The notes under the pieces were generated by a model that did no database searches, was not told the DNA's origin, and was given only the letters and a program-made list of their open reading frames with translations. The position numbers were made by a program, and so were the translations under genes. From Bugula neritina (taxonomy: Eukaryota > Animalia > Bryozoa): a DNA stretch of 64,000 nt. This document shows, in pieces, positions 12,864 through 27,480 of this stretch (the first letter of the stretch is position 1; each line of letters starts with the position of its first letter). Location: positions 30,928,773 to 30,992,772 of the forward strand of contig OZ037766.1 in the NCBI GenBank assembly GCA_964035545.1. Reading direction: 5' to 3'.

Positions 12864-15541
12864 ATGTTGAAAAGGAAAACAATCAAAACAAGCAAGTCGT
12901 GGACAGATTACATTATGGGAAATACAGTAGAAGCCGAGCTAGCTCTGCTAAAGTCTACAATCATTAGTTTGGTGAAACAAATGTACGTATTTATGTATAT
13001 ACATATATATTTATATTATGTACTTTAATAGTAAATGTCTATATGTCTATATGTTTCATACTAAAACTGTCAACATATTCATATAATTTCCTAGTACCTA
13101 TAATTAGTTAACAAACCTTTCCACTAGTTTTTAATATATACCTGCTGAGTTAATTAGCGCTTCCCAGGCTATAATTCAGTTGACTATTATAAATAATTTT
13201 AGGATCATCTCTCATCCTTCTAATAAAATGGGATTGTCTCCCCGATCTGAAAGCGTGCTCAGATGTCTACAGATGTCATCAGACAACCAAATCTCTGCTC
13301 CTCTGACTGTCAAGTTTATGAACATGAGTAAGTATAGTCATGTTAACTTTTGTATGCTATAATTTTTTTATGACACATTTCGTATAAATTCAATATTCAA
13401 GACTTGTGTATTTCTCAATAAATCTATCAACTAAAAATTAGCATCATTATATAGTTTTATAAGATTGATGCAAAATTTAATATTATTTAGATAGCTTAGT
13501 GCATGTGACTAATTATGCTGAAGTTTTTTTAATCACATGTATGGCTTTGTACAACACTGCAAAAGTTTTATATGGCTTGAATTTATTACTTTATTTTATG
13601 CGTTTCTTTACATACCTCATCTTAAAACATTGTCAAATTTGTTTTATATTCTATAATGTTTTATCATAATGAATGATGTATTATATTGTTTTATATTATA
13701 ATATCACTTGGTGTTATATATAGTGTATATTTTATTATGTCATGCTATATCATAATAACATACTATGTTACATATTTTACCACATTCAGTACAGTATGCA
13801 GACATAGACTCAATCAGACCTGTTCTCAACAGAGTAACAGTGACTGGATTCAGCATGTGCTGGTCAGAAGAACGGATTGAAACAGAACTCTGGTACATTG
13901 TAGTCGTCATTCTGCAGTCAACCAGAGAAAGAAAGTGCTTAGAAAAGTTGCTAGCCGTGGGTATCATGCAATTGTCAATTTGAATTATTTACAAATTTTC
14001 AACATTTAGTTATTTGAATTGAAAGACTTTTGCCAAATTAGCTTAGACAAGAAGTGATGATTATAGCAAATTTTAATGAAATATATATATAAACTACATT
14101 TTACATTCAGCATACTATAAGCTTCTTTTAAAAATAAGAAATGATAAAAATTCATAATGCAAACAAATTTGCATAACAAAAAGATTTTGCTATATTAAGT
14201 TATTGCCAACTATTTATTCCTTTAGATTGAAAAGTTTCTATATATGCAGAATAATAATCAAAAGTTGTATTCTCTACCATTATAACATAGCCAAGTCTAT
14301 CAAAGGGGCTAAAATGAAATATAACTAATGTATTGCACAACACCCATTTTAGTAGTCAAGGAGGGCTTTTAGGTTAAACTTGAGAGTGCCAATATAGTGA
14401 AAGCTATTGTAGCCCTTCGTGCAATAGTATATCTTACTGTATTTCTCTACAGATGATAGTATTGGTGATGGATGTGGTAGAAGATATCATAACCAACTAT
14501 CAAGTTCGTACAACTCGCGTCACAGTGTTCCTGAAATTTTTCTTTAAGAATCTTGACAAGGATTCAATTCCAACTTGGCACGAATTTCTACTTGCCTCCG
14601 GTGGTCTGGTTTGTATCAGTTCACCATCCAATTTATAATATAATATAAAATAATATAATATAATAATAATATATCATTTTTGCTCATGATAATGCATTGA
14701 AGAGTTTAAACAAGTTATATATGTTATATTAAGGAGTAACCTAACTAACATTTGCTTATGTAATAAAGATCTTTAACTGATTTTGAAGCATCGCTTAAAT
14801 TGTTGTGACTAAAACATAGTAAATTACCAGCTTTGCTATAACATTTGAAAGCAAAGATCAATTCGAAATGAAGCTATTTTAAATGTTGTTAAACTTTAAA
14901 TTATCAACAAGGTGTAATGGACTATAGAGGTTTTGACCGATAATAATTATAGTTAATTAATATCTTTGTAGAAGTCTTTATTAGAAGTTCCGACATTGAG
15001 TGTCGGTTTGCCGAGTGACGGTTGTTTTGACGTGGGAACTGTAGCCAGCTGGTACTCTCAGCACACCATCTCAAACTGTCACTGTTACAAGTACAATTTT
15101 ATTAACAAACCTAAAGTTTCTTCAGTCAGAACTTCCTGTATTTGCTTTAGCAATATCAACGGATTATTAAATCAAAATCACAATTTAGTTTTTTCAAAAA
15201 ACAATACACTTCACATCTCACCAATTGTTCACCAAAACCCTTATTCACGTAGTAAACGCCCATTGTCAGTTGCGTTAGGGCCAAAGGAGATTGATAAATC
15301 ACGAAAGCACGCTGAAAAAATGTTAAAGGAGTTCCTAACAACTCGCCGTTCTAAAGCAGTCCCAGCTTTCATTGATCATAATTCAGAGGATAATGGTTAT
15401 CTGTATACGAATGGCAAAGTCTTTGAGTTTCCTCATTTCTCGAAAATGACTGTTCATGGAATTGCTTTAAAGTTAAAGAAGGTCGTAAGAGTTCTTAGTG
15501 AATCAGCAAAAGGTAGTGGACACGAAGAAGTGAGTCTATAA
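12864..15541 (+). CDS. Divergent Bcl-2-fold protein, array member B (~360-380 aa, long C-terminal extension)
   Basis: Exons 12864 (or 12915)-12982, 13203-13327, 13790-13956, 14453-14608, 14972-15541 (possible extra donor at 15530); phases 2,1,0,0. BH2-equivalent TWHEFLLASGGL then intron. Confidence 0.65.
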
Positions 15542-16673
15542 GTATCTTATTCATTGCTGATGTAGAAGCTTCACAAGAAAGCTGAGTATATCACTTGTAG
15601 TGACACTTCCACTCTGACTATTTGTAGTAATCAAATGTTGATAATAAAACTGCTGTTTACTGCTACTATAGTTGATCAGAATGACATTGGAATTTTTTAT
15701 TTTACTTTAACATATTTAGTAGAGGTTTTTTTCAACATGTCCAGTTTTTTCATTGAGCAGCAGTTAGTTTTTGTATTATATTATAATTGCACTCTCATTT
15801 TATGATCATTTGATTTGTATTTGTTTGAATTGGTGATCATGGAAACACAACTGCATTTCTTATAATTTCTACTAATGTAATGCTTTGTCTTTTATAGATC
15901 TGATTTGTATTATTTTAGTAAAAAACTAGCTACAAACTATAAATAAAATAAAATATTTAGGATTATACACCTATCGTGTTTGATTTCTTATTTCTGATAG
16001 CTAAAACAGTGATTCTAAATACAAAAAAACAATTATAGCCTAAATTTTCAAACAACTTCACCTGCATGTGCTAATTTTATTTTAAGTACAAATGCTAATT
16101 ATATAAATAAATTAGGCATATTAATTTATGAAATAATTGAGAAAAGCTAAATTTGACAAATTCTAAAGTTAAAAGTGTCCATTTTGATTTAGGCTATATA
16201 ACTAGAGTGATAGCCAAAATATCTTTAGCTTCAAGCCAATAAAGCTATATTTATATACAGCTTTGATTGCTTTGCTATAACCAACAGCTATATAAGCTAT
16301 ACATGTATGTGTGTATATAAAACCACGTAAGAAATTTTTTGTATATAAAGCTGGTGATCCTCAAATAGATATCATTTATGATTTTATCCAGTGTACGAGG
16401 TATGGACATTTAGTACCTTTTCAGTTAAAGCAGCAGTAGTTAGAATATACTATAATATTTATACAATTTTATAGAATAATTTATACTATGATTATGTTTT
16501 CTTCTAAATATTTAACATTTTGATAAAGGCTTTATTAATTTGCTAATGAAAAAAATTTAAAGCATTTTTCAGTTTGAAATATTTCTATAGAATAGAAATT
16601 AAAAGTAATGCAGCTATGTGTAAAATCATGTTTTATAATATTTTAGCTTTTTTATTAATCTGAAGAAGAAACA

Positions 16674-19514
16674 ATGGCCGACGAGAAAGAACTGAGTTCA
16701 GATTTGGCTTCTTTGTCTCTTCATGATGATAACAGGGAGCATATCGTGATGAAAAGAATGCTGCTTGGATGTCTACATAGAATGTAAGTTTTTTTATGAC
16801 TCGGCATTGTGTATTATAATTGACAATGTAATTTTTAAAGAATTTATTTTTGTAGTACATTGACATGTGCTAGCAATTAGTGTATTTTACCAGTAAACAA
16901 TTGCTTGACAAAACTTATTGCAGTAGGCTAAAGTGCTATTTTTAAATAACTGATGGATTGTTTTAATGCGTACATTATTTTGGTTTTAGCGTTCACTTTT
17001 TGTAGTATTATCATTAATTTTTACGTTAACGATGTGAGCATTTTAAAAAAATCATAATTGCATTATGCTACCATTATATACAATCATTGAAGTTCACATA
17101 TTAATTTTAACTTATAAATACTGATTGTAAAACAGGAAAACTGACTTGCACAAAGCTAATAATTTAATTGAACGAACTTTTAAATAAAGCAAATCCATGA
17201 GCGGCTAAAAGCCAAAAAACTTTTGATAAATAAAAAAAGGTAAAAAATATAAGCCAGAAAATACAAGTCGAGTAATATAAATTATAATGGAATAGAAGTA
17301 ATTAATGTTATTGAATTACTCAAAGAATTTTAAAATTGTTTACCAGAATTATATTACTTCATAAAATATTGGCTGAATAAGTTATAGTTTTGTTCAGCAT
17401 GTGTAAAACAAATGTTGCAGAGTAGATACCTACAAGAGACATTCTCTGGAGCTGGAGGAAAGATATCAGCAAGCTGGTAAAGTTGAAAGTGCACTACAGA
17501 GATTCTGTGAGCTCGATGATGACGACGATTACTGTTTCATACGTCTAATGATACATGCAAGTAAGTTTACCTTTGAAAATAATATCATAGGTAATTGTTT
17601 TTGAAACGATGTACATGTACCTTCAATATATAATATCTTAAGTAACTGCAAATTCAATAATTTAAGTTTAACAAATGTAAATTTATTATTTTAAATTAAT
17701 TTATTAGATTATACAAAAGCAGCTTATATTTATTTAAGTTGAAGATATTGTCACACGAAGTCACTAAATGCCACAAATTCAGTTTCATCTATTTATGGAA
17801 AAAATTTTCAGTGAAGTTTATATTTTAACATTTAAAAAAATTAGTTATGAAATTGCTAAACTATAACAGTTTATTTGCAATTTTATCACTATAATTCTTT
17901 TTGCTAATATAGCAAATGTTGCATTATTGAAAGTCTTAAAAAGAACGATTGGTTTACAAGCACATTAGCTTGAAGAATGATAATTTTGGGTCAACATGTT
18001 CAATAGTTCGAGATGCAGATGTGGTAACTGGAGAGCCTGTCATTAGCCCCATACTGGTAGAGAGGCTTCTTCACTCCCTTGCAAGCTGCGAAGGGCAGCT
18101 GATTTACAATCAGGTGATGGACTCACTAATAGAAAATGACCAGAACCTGTCAGTGGTTGTCACGGTAAGTGAATGTCCTTCTCACAACAGATATTATTGA
18201 TTGGATTGGTAAAAATTGAGGAATAAAGTGTCTATATTTATAAAAAAATATGTATATATATATACATATATATAATTATATTATAATATAATAATTAATA
18301 TTATGTGTTTATATGTAAATTATTTCTTGCTGCGTGGTTTTCGACAAGTTCAAGACAATTCTCAATTTTTTTAATGTGAATCAAATTTTCTACATTGAGC
18401 TACTAAAAAAATTTTGAATCACCTCTTGAGGTATTGAAAATCCAATAATTGTAGTAGACCTACCAATGATTACCATTATACTATATTAGTTTGTTTATTT
18501 TACTACAAATTACAACTTAACTTATTATTGTCTTTTAAATATTAATATTTTTTGTATCCGATACTTGTAATATGCTATGAGAGGAAAACGTATATTTAAA
18601 GCTGCTTAATTTAGGCAATTGCATTTTCAACTCCCAATTCTTTATATAATTGTTTATCTTAGATCACCATAGTGACTGTAGCACTAGCAGAGGAGATTAT
18701 CCGAGACCAAACTGTTAACACGATGCGAGTTTGCTACATAGTGGAATGGTTCTTCAGTTATATACACTGTAGCTCATTGCAACCCATTCTAGAGAGCGGT
18801 TGTGGTCTGGTAAGATGTCTATCTAACTATTGCATAAATATGTTTGTATAAAGCTGATATGCTATTATTGTATCAATCTATAAAAACATTGCATAAATAT
18901 GTCTACACAGTTGTATTAATTCATCTATAATATTGTATAAACCTGTCTATGCTATTGTATAAACCCATCTATGCTATTGTATAAACCCATCTATGCTATT
19001 GTGTGAATCTATTCTAAAAGCTCTCTATGTTAATGTGTATAAAGTGTTTATGCCATTGTAAAAATCTATTCATACTGCTACATATAATACATATCTATAT
19101 TATTTATATTATATTTAATGCATTGTTCTTTTTTTGAAATACCATAAAATGGCAGGTGTCAAACTTAAGTTGATAAGATGTATATTAAGTGTAATTATAC
19201 TGCGTGTTGTATTAAAACAATTTTATCTAACAATTTTTGGCAGTCAACTAAATTTAAGTAATTGTGGTTGGTTTTAATGACACTTATGTTTTTGCTCTGA
19301 GTTCATTATACGGTTTGTGATAGTTATATATAGTAGCTTCAATCTCATGAACCTGAATCTCATAATATTTTAGATAAACTTTATGTTAGATGACTTGGAT
19401 TTCGAAAGTGTAAACAGATCAGCCATTTTGAATACTGTCAACAAACAGATAAAGAAAACAAGAAAATGGCAGCAGAATGTAGAAGAAGAACTCAGAAAAG
19501 AGTTGTGCCAATAA
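16674..19514 (+). CDS. Divergent Bcl-2-fold protein, array member C (~231 aa)
   Basis: Exons 16674-16783 (acaATGG; ...EHIVMKRMLLGCLHR), 17421-17560, 18007-18164, 18663-18809 (MRVCYIVEWFFSY...LESGCGL), 19374-19514; phases 2,1,0,0. Confidence 0.7.
18900..19060. repeat. Degenerate ~21 bp tandem minisatellite
   Basis: Repeated ctatgctattgtataaaccca-like units in intron 4 of member C. Confidence 0.7.
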
Positions 19515-19722
19515 AATATGTATTACTGCTTGTCTGTGTTTGTATATTATGTTTGTATGCCAGATGCAGTTGTTTATATTTTGTATACATTGTCTATTAT
19601 ATATGTCAAACTAAATGATTCACAATATAAAGAATGTAAAAGTTTAATATAACTTATCCTCTTTGCCTACCCTCATTTATCACTACTCTGCCCTGTTTGG
19701 TTGTTGGCTTTATATAATACAG

Positions 19723-19725
<3 letters not shown>

Positions 19726-19785
<60 letters not shown>
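19726..19785. repeat. (TA)n microsatellite
   Basis: Uninterrupted TA run. Confidence 0.95.
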
Positions 19786-19788
<3 letters not shown>

Positions 19789-19910
19789 TATAGTATGAAA
19801 AACATGTATTTTGCATACTAATCATGCACTGATATATTTATTTAGATAAAATCTATTACTAATGCATATATATTTAATTTAATATACTTATATATATAAT
19901 ACGTTTATGA

Positions 19911-20045
19911 GGGGCAGCCTTGGTCTATAGAGGTGAGAGACTGAGTAATTAGTGAACACAAGAATAAGGGTTCAGTCGATCCCAGAACAAGCTATTACTT
20001 GATGATGTTGAGGACAAACAGTCATATATATAGTTGCCCTCGTGG
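19911..20045 (+). mobile_element. Diverged SINE-like copy (related subfamily)
   Basis: Begins ggggcagccttggtcta like 25386; contains a gggttc...gatcc B-box-like segment and a tgatgttga block. Confidence 0.4.
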
Positions 20046-20870
20046 CGGCTTGTGACAGCATTATAGAAAGCACAAGTATATTGAACTTACTCAAGAATGT
20101 TTTCTGCATGTAAAACATAATTATAATGACACTGCATAGAATAAGGATAAAAAAATGTTTATACAGTAAATACTCAAGAAGCAAATGGCACCCATGACAT
20201 GTGACCAAAATGCAATACTATGAAACCACCTTTGTCTTGCTGGATGTACTATAATACCAAAAATTTTCATCTATAGCTTTTTTCTGAACAAACTTGCAGT
20301 TATCATTATATGCTGCCAAATTCAATTACCAAGTAACATTTTTAAATGCTAAATACCTATATATATACAGATATGGCAAACTTTATTAAATAAAAAGCTC
20401 TTTTATTAAAAAGTAGACTTACTATATATAATATAATAACTTAGCAATCTTTATAACATCTGCACTTAGTCTAATTTAAAAGATAATGCTTTTGTTCTGA
20501 TAACCGATACTTGATAGACAAAAAAGTCGCCTAAACTTAAATGTTTTCATGCAAAGACAATATTCTAAAAATTTATTTTAAACTTTTATATATAATATAC
20601 TCACTTCCAGAAAAATTTGATAATCTAATGCCTATAAAAGCCCAATTCACCACAATTTTCTGTCCAATAATTTTTTTCTAAAAGTGACTGACCATAAACG
20701 CATATAATATTGTGTCTATATATACGGCTAAGATAGGCAAAATATTTTTCATATAATTTGCATAAAAATATTAGTGTGGCATCATTTATAAATGGTTTCA
20801 CATAACTTTCATAAGACATTTCAAAACTCGGAGGTATTTTGTTCAGGCTGGTTTTATCCTTGACACAGAA

Positions 20871-23514
20871 ATGTATTGCCCACAGCAACCGGAGTCCAGT
20901 TGGAAGCCATTTCACCTGTTTGCTGCTCACAACAACACCGAGGAGGGTCAGGTGCAGCAGATAAAGATTATCCTAGTCGGGCTTGTCCGTAGAATGTTGG
21001 TAGTATTCTTGTTGTGAAAACTTGAAAAATTTTACACAGACATGTTCCATATATTGGATTGCCTTTTGCAAAAATGAATTATTTTAAAGATGCTAATTTG
21101 GATATTGCAATTCTACAAAATTTACATAGATATTGCCAAAGGCTTTTGGTCAAGTTTATATTAGTGAATTTACGCTTACACTAACGCAGTAATCGCAATT
21201 GAAATATCTGATATCATAAAATTTAAAAGTTGCAAAATCAAAAAATAGTTCATTGAAAAGTGAAATAATTTGTTTTTAACTTTATGTCACTGTTTTTATA
21301 CAAAACACACCATTGTAAAGTGTGCAGCTGATGTGTGCAGGAGACCATAATAATATTGTGATCATGATCATACAGGGCTGATACCACCATGGTTGATGAC
21401 GAGGGCGAATGCATGTCTCTGCATGCTTACAATGCTATTAATGAGTTAGACAACCAAAATGTTTCACCTTTCTTCTATAAAGCACCACACATTGATGAGA
21501 TGATTAAGTTGGGTAAATTTTTATGGACGTTATTAATATGATAGATATTATAACTATATTATATTATATGTTATTTATACCAATGATGTATTATAGAACC
21601 ATGTTTCTGAATTTGTCAGCTTCTTGGAATCAACAGTTATTATTTTTTGTTGACAATAAAAAATATATGATGTTCCCATTGGTAAATTATATCTTTTACA
21701 AAAGTTATTGAATATAAATAATTATATATATGTTACCAAGTAACTCGATTCTACATGTGATTTCAGATATGCAGTATTTAGCATATACTCTAATATATTC
21801 TTAGATTGCTTTAATCTAGTATAACCTCTTTATATAATTTAAAACAATGCAGTTATAGATGACTACAAAAATAGCTACATTGTAATGCATATAGAGTATT
21901 TTGTAGCTGAGTTTTCTAAACTCGTAGACGTAGCTCCCCTTGTGAGTCAAAACATCAGCAACATTATTCTTCGACATTCAGACGATAAAATATCCAAGGA
22001 CCAGTTTTTTCACATCTTGCAAGTAGCAAATGAAGCATCAGAAGATGGCAATATTGGAGAAATATTTGCTGTAAGTTAAAAAGTTATGGAAAATTTACAT
22101 TATTGAGTAATTTGAAAACTAAGTTTGTCATAAAGATCAAGATGACTATTTAATTTTGCAATTGCAATTGCAGCATGCATATTCTTGAACTTGGTGACCT
22201 TTAGGACAAGTTTGATTAGATTAGGTACAAATTTAATTTAGGCCAATATAACACTATAATTTTTTAAAAGTTTGAAATGGCATTGACTGTGTGATTTATG
22301 ATGCAAAACCCACCTTAATGCTCTCTAAATATAATTACAAAGACAAAACCATAATAATATACTTAATCAATTTCAAGCAGAGATAAAGGGTAAATTGGAT
22401 CAACTTTTAAATGTCTTTTGCACACTTGGTGCAAAAAGAGCATTCATAACTCACTAAAATCTTCACTATTTTCACTTATTATAGCAAATGTTCATCACTG
22501 CCTCATTGGTTGAGACGGCCATAGTGAGCAATGACGTTCCTTGCTACAGAGGAAATGACCTCATTTCCTGGTTTGTTGAGTATCTCAGCTGCGTCCAGAA
22601 AGTTGGCGAAAGTCTTCTAGAAGCAGGAGGTTTTGTGAGTATAAAATTTACCATAGTTTTATTTCGAGAATGATTATTGTATACACAGCAGTTTAATTGT
22701 GAGTTTAAATTTTTTAGACTTCAATGTCTATTATTTCAATAAAGCGGTTCATTGATCTCTACGAGTAAACATTTTTTGAAATTTTTTAAAACTGGCACGG
22801 CTTCAAATTTAGGATTCCTTTATTTGCAAACTTGGTACCAACTATTTCTAGCATGTAAGGAGCTTTATGCTATAATACTTAAACTATATACTAAAGAAAA
22901 CCAGCAGGTTATATAAGGAATGCATATATATAGTTCTAATTAAAATCAAATCCTGTGTTACAGAGAGAATCATATAATGCTTTAACTGTGCATGCTCTTT
23001 GATCAGCTGACTAGGTTATAGAGTATTATGTTTGTCAATAAAAGCTGCAGCATTAGAAGACTATAATACTATATAATGTACATTATATCTAGTCATCGTT
23101 TAGTTGTTTCAGAGTTTCACACAATTTAATGATTTATAAAATCAAATCTACTCTAATTATTATTTAATTACTAACTGCAGTTTTGCAAAAAATTATTTGC
23201 ACCATGTTTTTAGCTAACTTATTAAGTAATCATATTTAAATACTATTTTCTTGCAACTATTCACATGCATCAGTTTTAAAGATTTATTAATTTTTTATGT
23301 TCATAAAATGACGATAAAATTATGCGGCACATACAATACATTTTTTTTTTCTTTTATTTGGTTTTATTTTTTTAATATTTTGCATTCCTTGCTTTAGGCC
23401 TTGATGTTGGAGCCCGGTAATGATTTGTACATTTGGAACTACGCAGAGCAGTTGTCTTCTCATATTGTCCAAGTCATTCAGGAGGTGACTACTAACTCAT
23501 GTCCAAAAGTTTAA
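20871..23514 (+). CDS. Divergent Bcl-2-fold protein, array member D (~230 aa)
   Basis: Exons 20871-20995 (...QQIKIILVGLVRRM), 21376-21512, 21907-22070 (BH1-like DGNIGEIFA), 22485-22634 (ISWFVEYL...LLEAGGF), 23398-23514; phases 2,1,0,0. Confidence 0.7.
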
Positions 23515-24744
23515 GCCAAACCTCTGTCAATTAGTTTTTTTTTTCTGTATGCATGTTGATGTTTATGATTGATAAAAGTTGTGAAACAATAAATTTTATG
23601 GATTCGTATTTTTTAAAAGTTGTTTGTTTAAGTTATATGATGTAACTTATATCCGCAACATTAAATTAGCAATTATACATGTACATAATTGTTTAGATAA
23701 TAGTATGAATTGTCCTCTCATAAGCCAATTGTAAAAAGTGGAAGGTCAACATTGGGAAAACCAAGTATAGCCTTAAAATATGTGTAACTGCTAAATGGAA
23801 ATTACGTCTTAATACTTTCTTTACTGCATGTAGCATTTTTCAGCTTAATTTGTTATACTTCTATACAGTACGCCAAGAAGTAAGTGCATCTTTAGTGCAA
23901 AATATGCGTATGTTAAGTATAATTTTAAGTTATTGAAGTCATTTTTACAAATTATATTTTAATTGTTTTGAAATCAGAAAAAATTATTTTAATATAATTT
24001 GTACTGAATTGTGTTGCTTACTCACAACTTGTGTATCTTGAAAATAGTTTATGATACAACACTATAATGACACAAAGTGCTGAACATTGTTATAGCAGTG
24101 GCTTGCGAAAGTTTTCCAAAGAATGGGTTGGTAATCACTCAACCAAAGCTGGTGACAAAACTTACACTGAATAACACTCTGTTTCCATTATAGCATTATT
24201 CGTATGAGATTTTTATTTGCCTAATAGAAATATTTATACGTTGAATGAAGCCGCAACTATAAGTTAATGTAAACCATAGTTAATCCATACGAACATTCAT
24301 TTGAATAGTATGCAGTTATGGAAACACAGTGTATATGAAGAAACATATCCTAAACTCAGCCTATATTATAAGTATATTCAATTGTTGTACTTAGCCAAAC
24401 TAACACTTTTAAAGTCCTATTATGCATAAAATATTGTATACTTCTAAGACTTTTATATTTCCAGCAAATTTACAGAACTGATCACATTATAAGCTAACCA
24501 ATCTTGTATAGCAGAAGTAGTATCATTGGAATAATTTATTATAATAAAAGCAAACTATTTTTATTTAAGTATAATATTTCTATAGCAAAATCATGAACAT
24601 AACAAAATATTTCAGACCGAAATGGTTTTATTTTTGGCTTCACATAACTCTATGACAAGCTTCATAAAGGTCCAAAAATACCTCTAATTTAAAAATAAAA
24701 AAAGTTAAGAATTTCAAAGTGCTGGCACAAAAACTTCAATCAAC

Positions 24745-27480
24745 ATGTTTCCGAGCTCAAGATACATCGAGAAGAACCAGCTGTGCCAAGTAGAGCAGCT
24801 GATCATATCTCTGACAGAAATATTGTAAGTTTATTATTGCAGCTTTTAAATTACTTTTTTTAGAATTTCCATTTTTTTAAATTCCTTATTGTATAGCATT
24901 ATATAAATAAGCTTTATTGTGCACAAAAAATGTTAACTGATTGCATCATAGAGACAACAATATGTACATATGCCATAAGCTTTTTCTCTAAAAGCTTGCA
25001 TATCAACAATGCCATAAAATAACACTTAATTAACACATATATATATACATTACATAACATTGAAGTCAAATCTTATTATAGTATTATCATTTTACCATGT
25101 ATACTACTTTAAAGATATACATATGTCACAATCCAAAATTATATAATATATAATTAAGTTTTAGGAAAAATTTACATTATTATGCATTTACCTGCCATTC
25201 TTGTATTTGACTGCTAACAGGTTAAAGAGTTACCGTAACCCTTGCAACCAAACTCAAATAGACTATGTCATATTGCAAGCTACAATAAACAAATCTGTCT
25301 CTCCAGCAGTGGACCCGAAAGTCGTTGGGAGGTTCAGAAGTATTGGTGAGTATAAATATTGTTTTGTGTTTTGTTTTTAAAAATAGGGGCAGCCGTGGTT
25401 TAAGGGTTATAGAGCAATTTTGCTTAGTAAACCCGAATTATGGGTCCATCCGGACAAAGGCCATTGGTGATGTTAAAAAGAGCATGGAGTCATTATTGCT
25501 TTTGTGTCTCATCTTACTAAGTCCTTAGCTCAATTTAACAAACATTCCTTACTCTCAGGTGTTTCTCACAGGGATGGTAAGAAAAAAGTTTTGCGAGTTT
25601 TGTGCTTTAAAAATAGTTTGAACAAGTTTTGAATAAGTTCTTTTGCTAAGTGTGCAGCCTATAAAAAACTTTAACCTTCATCAACCATGACTGCTGTGTG
25701 TAAACGTCTTTACAAGTGTTATTGTTTTACAGTATTCAGCCGAATGATACTGTCTAAAGATGATTCTTATTCCCAGTACATCTCTGAGTCTACTGTAAAC
25801 AGCATCTGCAGAAGCCTGAACATCGAACAAGCGCAGATAAATTACAAAAAGCTCTTAAGTTGTGCAATGGACTTAAACAAGAGAACGCTGAGCTCGCTGT
25901 GTGCTGTACGTATAAACTTGGAAAATTTTTATTTTTATATTTACTCATTAGTGAAAATGTTTAAACATTGCAAATATATCCATTTGTGTGGATACTAACG
26001 AGATTTGAGTTTTTTATTCAGCGTGCTAGCATAATTTGCCTAGTAAAATCTTTTCTTCTACAGGGCTATAAGGTATTATAAAAATATATATTTCAATTAT
26101 TATAACTTAACTATAAAATTAATATTAAACCCAGAAATCGAACATGCAGTCATCCAAATTCCTAATACACAAAATATTGCACAAATTTTAGCCTTTTCAG
26201 GGTCTAAAATTTTTCCTATGTTTACACTTATACTGTAGCTCTAAATATCTACCAAGCTTGCAAACACATTTACACTGTTTTATGCTATAAATATAGTGTT
26301 TTATTACATACCAGTTAGTAAAATTGGAAAGTCAAATAAAACAGTTATAGAACTTTAAAAGTCATGATAGAATTGTCTAGAATATTGAAGGATTCAATTT
26401 AATTGGTTATGCATATTTGTAGAATACGCTTTGTTACTGCGTGTATATGTTTTTGTAAATGAAATCATTTTACTATTTTGCTAAAAGTTTTAAGTTTGTC
26501 ACCATCTCACTTACAGTAAATATTTACATATGTAGGCAATAGCGATGGGGCCATAATAGCGATTATATGTAACTATAAGTTTGTTTAATAAAAACGTAAT
26601 AATAACTCTATACATGTAATTAGACATATAATTTAATTAAAGCATTATACTAGAACTAACTTAACGTTGATTTTTATTCAGCTGCTCGCAATCACAATGA
26701 CATTGATAGAGCAAGTGGCAAAGGATCAGGAATGTCCACAAGACAGAGCATTCAATTTGATTAACTGGTTTAAAGAAGTCATCACAGATGGGCAGCAGAC
26801 CACTTACTGGATTAAATGGCTGCTTTCTATTGGAGGATTGGTAAGTCACATGACTTTGTAGTAGCAAGTAACGAATATAACAATATTGCTGTACGACTAA
26901 CTGAAATTTAGTATAAATACTAAAAGGATATAACGTTGTACTTAAATATTACTACTATAGGAAACTATAACAGTGGTATTAAAAGAACATTCTTTATACT
27001 ACAATATGATTTAACTTATAAATTTTTGAGCACCCGCTATATTAGTTTAATTTTACCAATGTCCCTTGATTGCACAAACCCAATATAATAATTAAAAATC
27101 TCTTTCTTATCGCATTATTTTTCAGGATGTTTCTTTTATAGTGTTTTGTAAATAACAATTTTTCATCTATTTTAAAAAAATAATGTTTTGTTCTAAAAAG
27201 CGACCAATAATCATGATTTCAGAGAACAATATTGAAGCTTCCAGATTATTCTGACTATTGCCAACCTAGCGATCTTTCTGCGGAGTGGTCGACAGAGTGG
27301 TCCATCCAGCAAATTACTAAGAACACAGCTTGTATTATGAGTAAGATGCAAATGGTGCAACGTCAATTGGCTGACAGCCAACAGGTTGGGCAGAGGGTTG
27401 ACGAATCATGTAACGAACAGAAAAGCCTAACAGTAGATGGTATGGCGGCTTTCCATAACTGGTACCAAATGGAATGTTGA
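24745..27480 (+). CDS. Divergent Bcl-2-fold protein, array member E (~264 aa)
   Basis: Exons 24745-24824, 25221-25345, 25733-25905, 26682-26840 (LINWFKEV...WIKWLLSIGGL), 27223-27480; phases 2,1,0,0. Confidence 0.72.
25386..25595 (+). mobile_element. tRNA-derived SINE-like repeat, copy in intron 2 of member E
   Basis: GGGGCAGCCGTGGTTTAAGGGTT head (A-box-like); reverse complement of the copies at 511, 2034 and 28382. Confidence 0.65.

Noticed and set aside
21074-21153. Alternative first exon for member D (MNYFKDANL...)
   Set aside because: Weak donor. 20871-20995 matches the paralogous exon-1 pattern (IKIILVGLVRRM) much better.
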